A DNA stretch of 63,784 nt, filler included, from Octopus bimaculoides (taxonomy: Eukaryota): assembly GCF_001194135.2 (NCBI RefSeq). It is 6 parts of 5 records of this genome, joined end to end, with 100 filler letters (N's around TTAATTAATTAA, not from the genome) between each part and the next. Parts side by side here need not be neighbours in the genome. Positions count along the whole stretch, not along the records: positions 19,491 to 41,794 come from NC_068987.1; positions 41,895 to 49,508 come from NC_069005.1; 4 more parts are not named here. One strand, given 5' to 3'. The notes under the pieces were generated by a model. It saw nothing but the letters and a program-made list of their open reading frames with translations. It was not told the DNA's origin and ran no database searches. A program made the position numbers and the translations under genes. This document shows positions 35,274-47,812 of the stretch, in pieces. The first letter of the stretch is position 1. Each line of letters starts with the position of its first letter.

Positions 35274-36470
35274 TACAAGGCACTTTATCTGACACAATTC
35301 CATCGACCTACAGCTCTTATAACAGTAATAACAATAATTGTTTCTGGTTTGGGCATAAGGCCAGCAGTTTTGAGGAGAGGAGATAAGTTTTTATCAACCC
35401 CAAAAGTATGAAAGGTAAAACTGTCTTTATCTGAATTTGAACTCAGAATATAGAGCCAGAAGAAATGCCTCGGGGCAGATTGTTTGATAATCTAATAATT
35501 CTGACAATCCACTGTCCTTAATTATTTCTAATAGAAAACCAGTAATTTTTTTTAGGGGAGTTAATTGATTACACTGACCCCTAGCACTTAACTTCTGAAG
35601 GATAATCAGCAAATTTAAATTTGGAACACAAAGACCTGGATGAAATACTTCAGGGCATTGTGTCCCACACACTAGAGATTCTACCAATCCACCACCATTT
35701 ATAATTTAAGCACAAAACCAGCAATTTTGTAAGAAAGTGGTAAATCAACTACATTGGCTCCAATGCTTGACAGGTCCTCCCAACCTAAAATTCAGCATCA
35801 ACCACACCTACACTCTTGTTCCTCATTTGCAGCATTCAACTAGGTCTCCATCTCTGGCTATCTGTCACTCTCTTTATACTCATGAACTTACCTATCTGTC
35901 CACCTTTTCCAATCATCTCTGTTTTTCTTACGTTCACCTTCTTATACCTTGAGGATATACTCTGACACTTCATCACCACCATTTTTTTCCTCACTTTCCA
36001 CCCTGGGTAGCCATGTATCTCCTCTACAGTAATACACATATTCCTGTGCCTCTATCATACTTTAACCTCTCAACACCTAGTATAAAGCCATCTCCTTCAG
36101 TATTATACCCCAGCTAAAATGTTGTGGGGGTCTTGTCTTGCTAGTAACTTAGTGGCATCACTATTACTGGTGCCAGTTATACACTGTAAAATGGTTGACT
36201 TTAGGAAGGGCATCCAGCTGTAAAAGCCATGTCTTTTGGCTCATCAGATCCTTTCGAGTCATCCAACATGGAAGAGGAACATTAAATGATGATGGCCTCA
36301 AAAAAATAAAAAGCAAAGTTAACCTTAGTGATATTTGAACACAGCATAAAGGGTTGTAACTAAATTCCAGAAAGTATTTTGTCTAATACTCACAGTTCTG
36401 CCAATCTGCAATTCTCTTTATATTACCAATTGAAACTTTCCTCAGTCAATTAAATAATTTTCCTTTACAG

Positions 36471-36528
36471 GGGTCGTGATCGAGTAAAATGTCCAGTAGA
36501 CAACAATTTCTTTTGGGTTCAATCAGAT
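36471..36528 (+). CDS. TRAF6: TRAF6-like gene, exon completing the RING
   Basis: TCCTTTACAG|G acceptor and GAT|GTAAG donor. Phase-compatible with the previous exon. Encodes (A)GRDRVKCPVDNNFFWVQSD; CPVDN is the TRAF6-type C3HC3D ending. Confidence 0.9.
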
Positions 36529-36769
36529 GTAAGTTCTGATATTCATTTATTCACTATTTGAAGTTCAAAATGACTCTGCTTCTGGCATCTTGAGCTTAAT
36601 TCCCAATTTCTTATATAAACGATTTAACTATATCTGATGACAATGTGAAGCAAAAATGAAGTACATTCTTTTTTTATTTTCTATATTTATATAATTTCCA
36701 GATACAGAATACTCTGAATGTTGAAAATTATTCTAACAAATTATATTAAAATAGCAAACATTTTCAGAA

Positions 36770-36810
<41 letters not shown>

Positions 36811-38659
36811 NNNNNNNNNNNNNNNNNNNNNNNNNNNNNNNNNNNNNNNNNNNNNNNNNNNNNNNNNNNNNNNNNNNNNNNNNNNNNNNNNNNNNNNNNN
36901 NNNNNNNNNNNNNNNNNNNNNNNNNNNNNNNNNNNNNNNNNNNNNNNNNNNNNNNNNNNNNNNNNNNNNNNNNNNNNNNNNNNNNNNNNNNNNNNNNNNN
37001 NNNNNNNNNNNNNNNNNNNNNNNNNNNNNNNNNNNNNNNNNNNNNNNNNNNNNNNNNNNNNNNNNNNNNNNNNNNNNNNNNNNNNNNNNNNNNNNNNNNN
37101 NNNNNNNNNNNNNNNNNNNNNNNNNNNNNNNNNNNNNNNNNNNNNNNNNNNNNNNNNNNNNNNNNNNNNNNNNNNNNNNNNNNNNNNNNNNNNNNNNNNN
37201 NNNNNNNNNNNNNNNNNNNNNNNNNNNNNNNNNNNNNNNNNNNNNNNNNNNNNNNNNNNNNNNNNNNNNNNNNNNNNNNNNNNNNNNNNNNNNNNNNNNN
37301 NNNNNNNNNNNNNNNNNNNNNNNNNNNNNNNNNNNNNNNNNNNNNNNNNNNNNNNNNNNNNNNNNNNNNNNNNNNNNNNNNNNNNNNNNNNNNNNNNNNN
37401 NNNNNNNNNNNNNNNNNNNNNNNNNNNNNNNNNNNNNNNNNNNNNNNNNNNNNNNNNNNNNNNNNNNNNNNNNNNNNNNNNNNNNNNNNNNNNNNNNNNN
37501 NNNNNNNNNNNNNNNNNNNNNNNNNNNNNNNNNNNNNNNNNNNNNNNNNNNNNNNNNNNNNNNNNNNNNNNNNNNNNNNNNNNNACTACAAAAGTAAATA
37601 TAAAATTCTCATTGTCGTGTTTGTGATTGTTGAACAGGTGGTACTGCACGTAGTCTTCATATTCTTGCATGTAATAGTCTTTCCAGAGAAGCTTAACTTA
37701 AAGAACTGTCTGGAGAATTCATACAAACTGTGGCCAGGAATTTGGAACAGACAAATCCAAACTCTTGTTTTTTGGAGGATATAAATGTCACTGCTACCCA
37801 AGTAGTGTCAATCCCCCCCCCACACACACACACACATGCATGCCCTCTTTTACATGCATTTGACAGACTTCTGTAAACTTTCTATTAACCCAATTTCACT
37901 AACAAAGAATCAGTCAACTTGAGGTATTACTCATAAATGTTGTCAAACCTACAACCATGATTACAAAGTGAGCTTAACTGCCTGGTTGTCTGTGCCATAT
38001 TCATAGACTACGAGATATTAATTCTTTGTGGAGCAATAAAAGAATGGAACTTTGTCAAATTAACTACTGGTATTTAGTGACATTGTTAATGTGACTAAAG
38101 TTAACCCTGGAAGGGACATGCAAAAAAGTCCTAATATATTTAGTATGATGGGCTATCAAAAAGTACAACTTAAAGAAGTAAATATTTGAATATAAAATCA
38201 TATTTTAGTGAATTTCAAGTTTGTCATAAATAGGAAAGCCATAACTTTTTTTTTTCATGATTAACAGTGTTAAGTACAGCCAGAGGTTTTTGTTGGGTGG
38301 GATTCCTATGCTTGCAAAACAGTAAAATAATACAATAAAACAAAGTTGGAATTGGATAGAATAGTTTGGGAATGCTTTAGTATATTAGATAATACAGAGC
38401 AGATTCAAATGGTGTTGAAAACTCTTTTGGCCACTGATATTTTAAACTTGTTGATCATTGATTAAATGAAATTTTCTGAATTTAAATAAAATAAATTTTT
38501 CAATAGATATCTCAAACCTCTTCAAAAGCACTTCCTTTTAATATCTTCCCCCAAAACACTTTAAAATTTTGTAAATATATATTTAGCATTCAGTCTTAGT
38601 TTACAAAACCAAAAATTAAATGCAAATCTTAAATATTTTCTTTTTTATTCTTCTAATAG

Positions 38660-38818
38660 TCTCATGTCACCAACTGTCAATTTGTATTCATAAATTGTGA
38701 ACTGTGTGGTAAAGATGTCCTCTCAAAGACGTTTGTGACACACAAAAACATAGATTGTCCTTGTAGAAGTGTTTTGTGTGAACTTTGTGAAGAAGAGGTA
38801 CCATATAACAATAAATTG
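38660..38818 (+). CDS. TRAF6: TRAF6-like gene, TRAF-type zinc-finger exon (159 nt, phase 0-0)
   Basis: TTCTAATAG| acceptor and TTG|GTAAG donor. SHVTNCQFVFINCELCGKDVLSKTFVTHKNIDCPCRSVLCELCEEEVPYNNKL aligns ungapped with human TRAF6 DHQAHCEF...HILKDCPRRQVSCDNC...EDKE as recalled. Confidence 0.9.
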
Positions 38819-40646
38819 GTAAGACATATTTTCATTTTTCAAATATATCCTAATTTAAAAATCAAAGAAATGTAAAGATATACATTATTATTAAGTTGGT
38901 GAACTCGCAGAATTGTTATGTCACATAAAATGCTTAGTGACATTTCTTCTAGCTCTCTGATTTATGAACTCAAATTTCAGGAAGGTTGACTTTGTCTGGC
39001 AGCCTTTCAGGGTTGACAAAATAAAGTACCAGTCAAGAACTGGGGTCAATATAATTGACTTAACCTCTTCCATCAAAATTGCTGGCCTTGTGCCAAAATT
39101 AGAAATAATTAGGTTCATTAAAAGTACCAGTAATATAACTCATCATTTTAAAGGTCACTTTTTCAATGCTTGCATAGGTTATGTCTTATTGAGGCAGTTT
39201 TTCTAAAGCCACATGTCCTTATCACCAACCCTCATTTGTTTGCAAGGTACTATTTCTCCTAGCCTTTCAAAAGATGAACAGCTCAATGGATAGAGATGTT
39301 TCTGTGGAAGATGTAAAGGAGACATTTTTGTGATCATAGATTACATCAACACAATGAGGAGACACACTCACATAAAATATAATACACACATGATGGGCTT
39401 CTTTTCATACAGTTTGTTTACCAATTCTACTGAACCTTAAGGCTGTACTTGAATAACCTGCCTACCATGTCACACAGTGGAGAGAAACTTGAAACCTGTT
39501 TGTGAAATGAACTCTTTAACCATGCCTTGGTAGAGTATTAGGCAAAAATGCTTTGTAGTATTAAGTTCTTTTCATTCTGAACTCAACTATCTTCCAGGGG
39601 TTGATTTTTACCTTTCATTCACCTAGAGTTGTCAAAATAAGTACTAACATTTCTGTATCCACCCACCACAAAATGTGCCCCGTTATTTAGAAATGAATAA
39701 TTTATATAACCATAGCTGATTTTTTTTTTTTTTTTTTTTTGTTGTTGTTGTTGTTAATGTGATGAGGGTAGCAATGATTAAGACAGTGGTTATAAAGTGA
39801 TGCAAGCAATGAAGTATCTTCTTCCGATAAACAACCTACATCTGATAATGAGACAGCTGATACCAGGGTGTGGGACTGGGAAATGGGGAAATAAAGGTCA
39901 TGATGTTTTTCATAATGTAAAACTATGACCATCACTTGCAGTTGAGGATTCTAGGAAGCCATATAGTCACAAACTCAAACACTCTTGACTCTCCCACACT
40001 TGACGCAGTAGAATATCCAGCTTGTGAAAGCTGGAGGACTGCACCAGCACTTAGCTTGTACTTTGACTTCAAAAACTGAAAGATTGACTTCAGTAGGATT
40101 TAAGCTCTGAGAACCAGAACAAATATCACAAAACGTTCAATCCAACTCTGCAGCAAATGCTAAATGACTGCTTAATTTCATAATGGGATAATATGAACAT
40201 TAATTTCTTTAAAATAACTCCCTTAATTTATTAGATATATGGCTGATTTGATCTTTTTTATCAGTATACAACTGGTACTAATTTTAACCTCATCCAATGA
40301 ACACAGAAAAAATATATTGCAATAGGATGTCAACTAAGAACATAGAAGCAAGGAAAAGCTGTAAATACATTTGGTTCCAACATAATATGAGCATAGTTGT
40401 GCCACCAAATACTTGGTCTTTGGATTCGTTCATGACAGATTCCAAGCAATAACATCTGTTAGTTCCCTTTTAGATCCTTCTTTCACTGTAGTTACATTCT
40501 GTAGTGGTAATTTTTTCTTTTTTTTTTTCAGTTTACTGCCAGTATCTAAAAAGCATTGTAATTGGGAGGTGTTAACTTTCTCATCCAACTTTAAAACAAA
40601 TAGTAAAATTCAGTTCTATATTTAAGAGATGGGGAATTGTGTATAT

Positions 40647-40770
40647 TATTTACATTTGACGGATATTTGAAATTTCCTCACGACACCTGATGAAGGCTGG
40701 AGAGTAGATCAGCTGAAATGTTGTGTTAACAACAAACAAGATGAGGACAAATATCCGTCAAATGTAAATA
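40647..40770 (+). mobile_element. 124-bp mini-element: hammerhead bracketed by a perfect 23-bp inverted repeat (PLE pLTR-like)
   Basis: TATTTACATTTGACGGATATTTG (40647-40669) is the reverse complement of 40748-40770. Confidence 0.8.
40682..40727 (+). ncRNA. Minimal type-I hammerhead motif with loopless stem III
   Basis: Stem I GACAC/GTGTT, CTGATGA, one extra A, stem II GGCTG/CAGCT, GAAA, T, GTT triplet. Confidence 0.7.
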
Positions 40771-41324
40771 GTAAAATTTTTCTATAATATTTAGCTTTTC
40801 AGTCTCAATGTGCAACACTTTGTCTTCCACTATAGCCGCCCTGAGTTGACCAAAGTTTACAAGTGGATTTGATAGTGAGAAACTGAAGCAAGTCAATCAC
40901 AAATATGTATGATTTGTATGTTTCTGTCTCCAGTTTTGACATGATTGNNNNNNNNNNNNNNNNNNNNNNNNNNNNNNNNNNNNNNNNNNNNNNNNNNNNN
41001 NNNNNNNNNNNNNNNNNNNNNNNNNNNNNNNNNNNNNNNNNNNNNNNNNNNNNNNNNNNNNNNNNNNNNNNNNNNNNNNNNNNNNNNNNNNNNNNNNNNN
41101 NNNNNNNNNNNNNNNNNNNNNNNNNNNNNNNNNNNNNNNNNNNNNNNNNNNNNNNNNNNNNNNNNNNNNNNNNNNNNNNNNNNNNNNNNNNNNNNNNNNN
41201 NNNNNNNNNNNNNNNNNNNNNNNNNNNNNNNNNNNNNNNNNNNNNNNNNNNNNNNNNNNNNNNNNNNNNNNNNNNNNNNNNNNNNNNNNNNNNNNNNNAT
41301 ATATATACACACACACACACACAC

Positions 41325-41490
41325 TGAGGGTGATAAATTGAATGTTAATTTAACTAACATCAATTTAAAACAAGTAGCCTAGCATATAAAAGATCTGAAA
41401 ATTCAGAAAAATTGTATTACATGTGTATAAGAAGGGATGACCACTAAGTGGACATCCAATATGCTAGAAAAAGGTCACCTGCAATCTAAC
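41325..41490. repeat. Reverse-complement copy of the 6830-6990 dispersed repeat
   Basis: Shared GTATAAGAAGGGATGACCACTAAGTGGACATCC.ATATGCTAGAAA and flanking sequence. Confidence 0.8.
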
Positions 41491-41582
41491 CACACAAAGA
41501 AAAGAATGTTCTCCAGATAAAATTCAGCAAACACCATAACATAAGTGGGCAAGACAAATGAAAATATACAAAATAAAGAATT

Positions 41583-41655
41583 AATCATAGACTGGGTTTT
41601 GCCATTAACTTTTTTTTACTTTCATAAAAAGCGTCCGTGGCTCATCAGTACGACC
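41583..41655 (-). ncRNA. Decayed type-I hammerhead motif
   Basis: Minus strand: stem I GGTCGTA/TATGATT, CTGATGA, stem II GCCA/TGGC, AAAAC in place of GAAAC, loop CCA, GTC. Adjacent 28-bp inverted repeat 41647-41674/41766-41793. Confidence 0.65.
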
Positions 41656-41924
41656 GTTCTAATTCAATATAATTTTCAGAACTATACATGAATTGTCTTC
41701 ATAAAGTTTGACGTGCATACAGTTCTACCGATTACATTGGGGGTCATTTTCAAATGTCTCAGCTCAATTATATTGAACTAGAACGGTCGTACTCNNNNNN
41801 NNNNNNNNNNNNNNNNNNNNNNNNNNNNNNNNNNNNNNTTAATTAATTAANNNNNNNNNNNNNNNNNNNNNNNNNNNNNNNNNNNNNNNNNNNNATATAT
41901 ATAATATTATATTAATCATCATCA

Positions 41925-42205
41925 TCATCATCGTCGTTTAACGTCCGCTTTCTATGCTAGCATGGGTTGGACAATTTGACTGAGGACTGGTCAAACCAGA
42001 TGGCTACACCAGGCTCCAATCTGATTTGGCAGAGTTTCTACAGCTGGATGCCCTTCCTAACGCCAACCACTCAGAGAGTGTAGAGGGTGCTTTTATATGC
42101 CACCAGCACGAAGGCCAATCAGGCGGTACTGGCAACGGCCACGCTCAAAATGGTGTATTTTATGTGCCACCCGCACAAGAGCCAGTCCAGGGGCACTGGC
42201 AACGA
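41925..42205 (-). mobile_element. RTE 3'-UTR/tail fragment
   Basis: Matches 27680-28000 (CATGCTAGCATGGGTTGGA...ACAGCTGGATGCCCTTCCTAACGCCAACC). Similar tails at 36120-36295, 44120-44210 and 50880-51060. Confidence 0.75.
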
Positions 42206-43040
42206 TCTCGCTTGTGTGTGTCTTTTGTGTGTGTCTTTTGTGTCTGTCCTCTGTCAGCACCCGACAATCAGTGTTAGTGTGTGAAACAAGTAAAACATAA
42301 AAAGACATATATCCTTATGCAAGGATGTGATTTTAGGAGTAAGCTGATAGTCAACTACATTACAATACTAAAAGTTTTGACACGCTCCACTGCTTCATAA
42401 TTGACAAAACAACAGATTATGCCCCACATTTGTATATCAAACACAGGCATTGTATTGGATTCAATGAAGCAATAAAGCTAAAAAAAAGCTCAAAGACACA
42501 TTCAAGAGGCCAGTGAGAAGGGTAATCTCACTTTTTATTAAATCAGTATGAACAAGAATGTTATTTTTGCCTCTTTTTCTATTCGTGGTTGGATTGCTCA
42601 GTGTCCAGATGACTATGTAGGTCAAGTGAGATAATCCTCAGTGGACAGATTCTCATTGACAACACCAGAAGTACCAGCAGTTCTTACTTCCTACAAGGAT
42701 CATAGGGGTCATTTCTGACTGGCATTGGAAATCTTTATTTAATAGAATTTATTTTAAATGTAAGCTAATGTAGTGAATAAAGGATTTGAAAATACAGTCT
42801 TTTAGCATTTATTTACATACAAAATATATATACTCTTTTGCTTGTTTCAGTCATTTGACTGCGGCCATGATGGAGCACTGCCTTTAGTCGAGCAAATCGA
42901 CCCCAGGACTTATTCTTTGTAAGCCTAGTACTTATTCTATTGAAACAAGTAAAAGAGTGGCTGTGTGGTAAGTAGCTTGCTTACCAACCACATGGTTCTG
43001 CGTTCAGTCCCACTGTGTGGCACCTTGGGNNNNNNNNNNA

Positions 43041-43410
43041 CAAGTAAAAGAGTGGCTGTGTGGTAAGTAGCTTGCTTACCAACCACATGGTTCTGCGTTC
43101 AGTCCCACTGTGTGGCACCTTGGGCAAGTGTCTTCTACTATAGCCTCGAGCCAACCAAAGCCTTGTGAGTGGATTTGGTAGACGGAAACTGAAAGAAGCC
43201 GGCGTATATATGTATATATATATATATATGTATGTGTGTCTACATGTTTGTGTGTCTGTGTTTGTCCCCCAACATCGCTTGACAACCAATGCTGGTGTGT
43301 TTACGTCCCCGTAACTTAGCGGTTCAGCAAAACAGACCGATAGAATAAGTACTAGGCTTCCAAAGAATAAGTCCTGGGGTCGATTTGCTCGACTAAAGGC
43401 GGTGCTCNNN
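43041..43410 (+). mobile_element. SINE family A, near full length
   Basis: tRNA-like head and body match 3801-4210. An opposite-orientation 3' fragment lies at 42830-42945. Confidence 0.85.
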
Positions 43411-43432
43411 NNNNNNNAAACAAGTAAAAGAG

Positions 43433-43474
<42 letters not shown>

Positions 43475-44329
43475 TGTGTGTGTAGACATATAAGCATCAA
43501 CAACTTTCTTTCCATGTATATTGTCACTATCTACACAAAGACGTTATACACACATGCACTGCATTTTCTCAAACGAGTTCAAGAACTTTTGACGAAAACA
43601 GGTTTAATGAGTCTAAAACAAGAAAAATACACAAGAACTATTTACATACATACATACACTATACACACCAACATACATACATACATGCATACATATATAT
43701 ATATATATGCCATATGTATATATTTTAATATATACATAAATATATATATATATATATTTATATGCGGAGATATACATACATATGGACACATACATATATA
43801 CACACAGATATATAAATACACATATAAGCCACATATATACTATATACGCACACATGTGAGGGCGTAGACACTGATGGTGGGGGAGGTGTTGAACTAAATG
43901 AATTTTAACTAGCAGCAANNNNNNNNNNNNNNNNNNNNNNNNNNNNNNNNNNNNNNNNNNNNNNNNNNNNNNNNNNNNNNNNNNNNNNNNNNNNNNNNNN
44001 NNNNNNNNNNNNNNNNNNCTTGCCCAAGGTGCCACACAGTGGGACTGAACTCAGAACCATGTGGTTGTGGAACAAACTTCTTAGTACACAGCCATGCCTG
44101 TGTCTATCATAATCATCATCATCATTTAACGTCTGTTATCCATGCTAGCATGGGTTGGACAGTTTGACCAGGGCTGACCAGCTGTAATGCTGCACCAGAC
44201 TCCAGTCTGATATATATATATATAATCTATATATATTATCTATATATATATATATATATATTACATATATATATTAGCCTAACAGAGAAAGTAAGTTTCA
44301 TATGTAACTAATACACTAGAGCAATATGT

Positions 44330-44690
44330 ACGACGAATATGCCGGAAATAGATTCTCTTAAATGCCTGCACGACTTGCTAGAAATTGTCGATAGCTTTTG
44401 TTGCCATGGAGATGTAATTAGCAAAAATGGCTGCTCTGAAAGTATAGTAGCCAGGGTAAGAACAAGTTGGAAGAAGCTCAGTGAGCTACCACCAGTGCTG
44501 GAGACAAAAGGTCTTATCTCTCAGAGGAAAGGGCAGATTGTATGACACTTGTGTTAGAATTGTGATGCTGCATGGTAGTGAGACATTGGTTTTGAATGCA
44601 AGGGTCTTGTGATTACCAGAAAGAATTGAAGCTGGTATGCTCTGTTGGATGTGCAAGTTTAAGTGCGTCATGAATGACAAAGCACAAATG
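44330..44690 (+). mobile_element. RTE LINE fragment (post-RT)
   Basis: EIVDSFCCHGDVISKNGCSESIVARVRTSWKKLSELPPVL. Confidence 0.75.
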
Positions 44691-44892
44691 TGTTAGGAGA
44701 AAAAAATTGTTCATTCAAATGCTGGTGTGTTTACGTCCCCTGTAACTTAGCGGTTCGGCAAAAGAAACCGATAGAATAAGTACTAGGCTTCCAAAGAATA
44801 AGTCCTGCGGTCGATTTGCTCGACTAAAGGCGGTGCTCCAGCATGGCCGCAGTCAAATGACTGAAACAAGTGAAAGAGTAAAGAGAGTATCC

Positions 44893-45250
44893 TAGGCGCA
44901 GGAGTGGCTGTGTGGTAAGTAGCTTGCTTACCAACCACATGGTTCTGGGTTCAGTCTCACTGCGTGGCACCTTGGGCAAGTGTCTTCTACTATAGCCTCG
45001 GGCCAACCAAAGCCTTGTGAGTGGATTTGGTAGACGGAAACTGAAAGAAGCCTGTCGTATATATGTATGTGTGTTTGTGTGTCTGTGTTTGTCCCCCCAA
45101 CATCGCTTGACAACCGATGCTGGTGTGTTTACGTCCCCGTGACTTAGTGGTTCGGCAAAAAGAGACCGATAGAATAAGTACTAGGCTTACAAAGAATAAG
45201 CCCTGGGGTCGATTTTCTCGGCTAAAGGTGGTGCTCCAGCATGGCCACAA
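44893..45250 (+). mobile_element. SINE family A, full length, directly downstream of another copy's 3' half (44718-44885)
   Basis: TAGGCGCAGGAGTGGCTGTGTGG head, B box GGTTCAGTCT, body and tail match other copies. Confidence 0.88.
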
Positions 45251-45969
45251 GTATCCTAAACAGCTTAAAAAAATGACAATATCAATGACCACATCAGCCA
45301 TCTTACACACACGGTCTGACAAAGAGAAAGAACAATAAAAATTTTAAAATGACAAGGTAATGGATGGAAGGCTACTGATCATAGGTTTGCCCAGTCGAGG
45401 TTGACCTGGGGCTAAAAAAAAAAATAACAGCAACAAATTGATCGAATGTTCTCGTTGCAACTGTTTCTTCAAATCAATGTGGAGGCTGAAGTCTTGTTTT
45501 GATTCAGTGATTTTCTGTATTTTTAAACATTGGCGTACTTTTATGATTGTTGCAGTTAGTTTCTTCACCATACATCAATACGATATGATGGTTGTTTTTG
45601 TTGATGTTGTTGTTGCAGTGGTGGTGGTGGTGGTGGTTTGTTGTCAGTTATTAGAGTTTTTCTGTTTGTTTTGCATTATTGAAACCGTTGCTTTCGTTGT
45701 TACTGGATAATGTTTTACAATATGCATGAATTGCTGTGCATGTTTTTACTGTGTGTGCATGTGCATACATATACACACACATGTGTGTGTGTGTATATAT
45801 ATACATATATATATATATATACATATATATTATACTAAGAATGGATACATAAGGGTATCCATTCTTACTATAATGTGAATTCTAGCTCATGCTGAGCATT
45901 TCAACTCTAGCCTGTCTTTATGTATTGTTATATTAACAATATCAAATTATACAAAAAATTACAGTTTAT

Positions 45970-46004
<35 letters not shown>

Positions 46005-46655
46005 NNNNNNNNNNNNNNNNNNNNNNNNNNNNNNNNNNNNNNNNNNNNNNNNNNNNNNNNNNNNNNNNNNNNNNNNNNNNNNNNNNNNNNNNNNNNNNNN
46101 NNNNNNNNNNNNNNNNNNNNNNNNNNNNNNNNNNNNNNNNNNNNNNNNNNNNNNNNNNNNNNNNNNNNNNNNNNNNNNNNNNNNNNNNNNNNNNNNNNNN
46201 NNNNNNNNNNNNNNNNNNNNNNNNNNNNNNNNNNNNNNNNNNNNNNNNNNNNNNNNNNNNNNNNNNNNNNNNNNNNNNNNNNNNNNNNNNNNNNNNNNNN
46301 NNNNNNNNNNNNNNNNNNNNNNNNNNNNNNNNNNNNNNNNNNNNNNNNNNNNNNNNNNNNNNNNNNNNNNNNNNNNNNNNNNNNNNNNNNNNNNNNNNNN
46401 NNNNNNNNNNNNNNNNNNNNNNNNNNNNNNNNNNNNNNNNNNNNNNNNNNNNNNNNNNNNNNNNNNNNNNNNNNNNNNNNNNNNNNNNNNNNNNNNNNNN
46501 NNNNNNNNNNNNNNNNNNNNNNNNNNNNNNNNNNNNNNNNNNNNNNNNNNNNNNNNNNNNNNNNNNNNNNNNNNNNNNNNNNNNNNNNNNNNNNNNNNNN
46601 NNNNNNNNNNNNNNNNNNNNNNNNNNNNNNNNNNNNNNNNNNNNNNNNNNNNNNN

Positions 46656-46826
46656 GGGGATTTTAATTGGTCAGCGGGGATTTTGTCCAGGAGAAGAAGG
46701 ATTTTGTTCAGGAGAGGGGTTGTCCAAGAGGGGGGATTTTGTCCGGGAGGGAGGGTTGTCTGGGAGAGAGTGGATTTTGGTCCAGATGGGGGGATTTTGT
46801 CCTCGCTGGGATTTTGTCCTAGTACC
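46656..46826. repeat. Array of GG(G)ATTTTGTCC-like units ending ...GTCCTAGTACC; possible DNA-transposon terminus
   Basis: At least 7 degenerate units at ~20-25 bp spacing; the left side is lost in a gap. Confidence 0.5.
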
Positions 46827-47812
46827 ATGTCTTTTTGTGTATTAAAGTGTGTATGAGTGTATGTATGTTTGTTTAGTAAAGTGTGTATGTGTGTGTGTGT
46901 GTGTAGTCTGCATGTTAATATACATGTTTGCATGGTTTGTACATTAAAAAAACATCTTAATGTACAAACCATGCAAACATGTATATTAACATAGGCACGT
47001 ACATGCAAACTAGACACACACACACACACACATGCCTGAACACACACACTCTTTACTAAACACACACACTTTACTACACAAACACACACATTCACATACA
47101 CACATCCCTATACATATACAGAATTATATTGGGACAAAAAATGTTTTGTTTCTTTTCTTCTCTGCTTCCATCTCACCCTCCCTCTTTCTTTGCTTAGTCT
47201 CTCTCTCTCTCTCTCTTCACTACAATCTCTCTGTCTCTCTCTTTCTTTGCTATGTCTCTCTCTCTCTCTCTCTCTTTGCTTGCTACATCTCTCTCTCTCC
47301 CTTCCTCCCTTTCTTTTTTCCAATGATCCTTTGCCCCCCCCCCGTCCTCTCTCTCTCCCCATTCTTTCTCTCTCTCAATACTTCTTCTACTTCATCCTTC
47401 TCTATCTCTCTTCCTCCTCTCTCCCTCCCCCTTCAACCCACCTCCCTCAATAATTCTTTTTCAGTTCAGACAATCTTATGTAATACACACTTCATCAGAT
47501 TAACTGCTAGACACTGTTTTAATGTCTTATATTACCACTGCCTCCTCTACTCCATCTTTCAGACAATAAACCCTCATTATTATTGTCGATAGTGGTGGTG
47601 GTGGTGGTGGTGGTGGTGGTGGTGGTGGAGGAGGAGAATGCCAGGAAAAAATAAAATTTTCTTCTGAACTAAAGTCCAGCTGCAATTTCGCCTGGGATTG
47701 GTTTCGCTCAATTACTGGGATTAGTTTTAAGCCACTGCACTCCTTCCGCCAAAATTTGTGACATTTATATCTCCATGACAAAAATCTTTATTAATCTCAG
47801 CAAGAATTACGG

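Noticed and set aside
36205-36250. Minus-strand CTGATGA followed by a GCCA/TGGC stem
   Set aside because: Followed by TTTT rather than GAAA; part of the RTE 3'-tail hairpin. The same applies to CTGAGGA-CTGG/CCAG near 41980.
37638-37800. Candidate for the missing TRAF6 exon (acceptor at 37637; frames giving VFPEK...WPG or GGYKCHCYP)
   Set aside because: No frame is both phase-compatible and convincingly homologous; the zinc-ligand spacing is wrong.
42946-43130. Apparent tandem duplication of a SINE head across an 11-N gap
   Set aside because: Identical sequence on both sides of a tiny gap is the typical signature of an unmerged contig overlap.
45344-45571. Possible minus-strand exon KITESKQDFSLHIDLKKQLQREHS
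   Set aside because: Weak acceptor, no GT donor and no recognisable homology.
45831-45872. 18-bp hairpin (and a 9-bp one near 31994-32015)
   Set aside because: Too short and AT-rich to distinguish from chance or a MITE scar without copy-number data.
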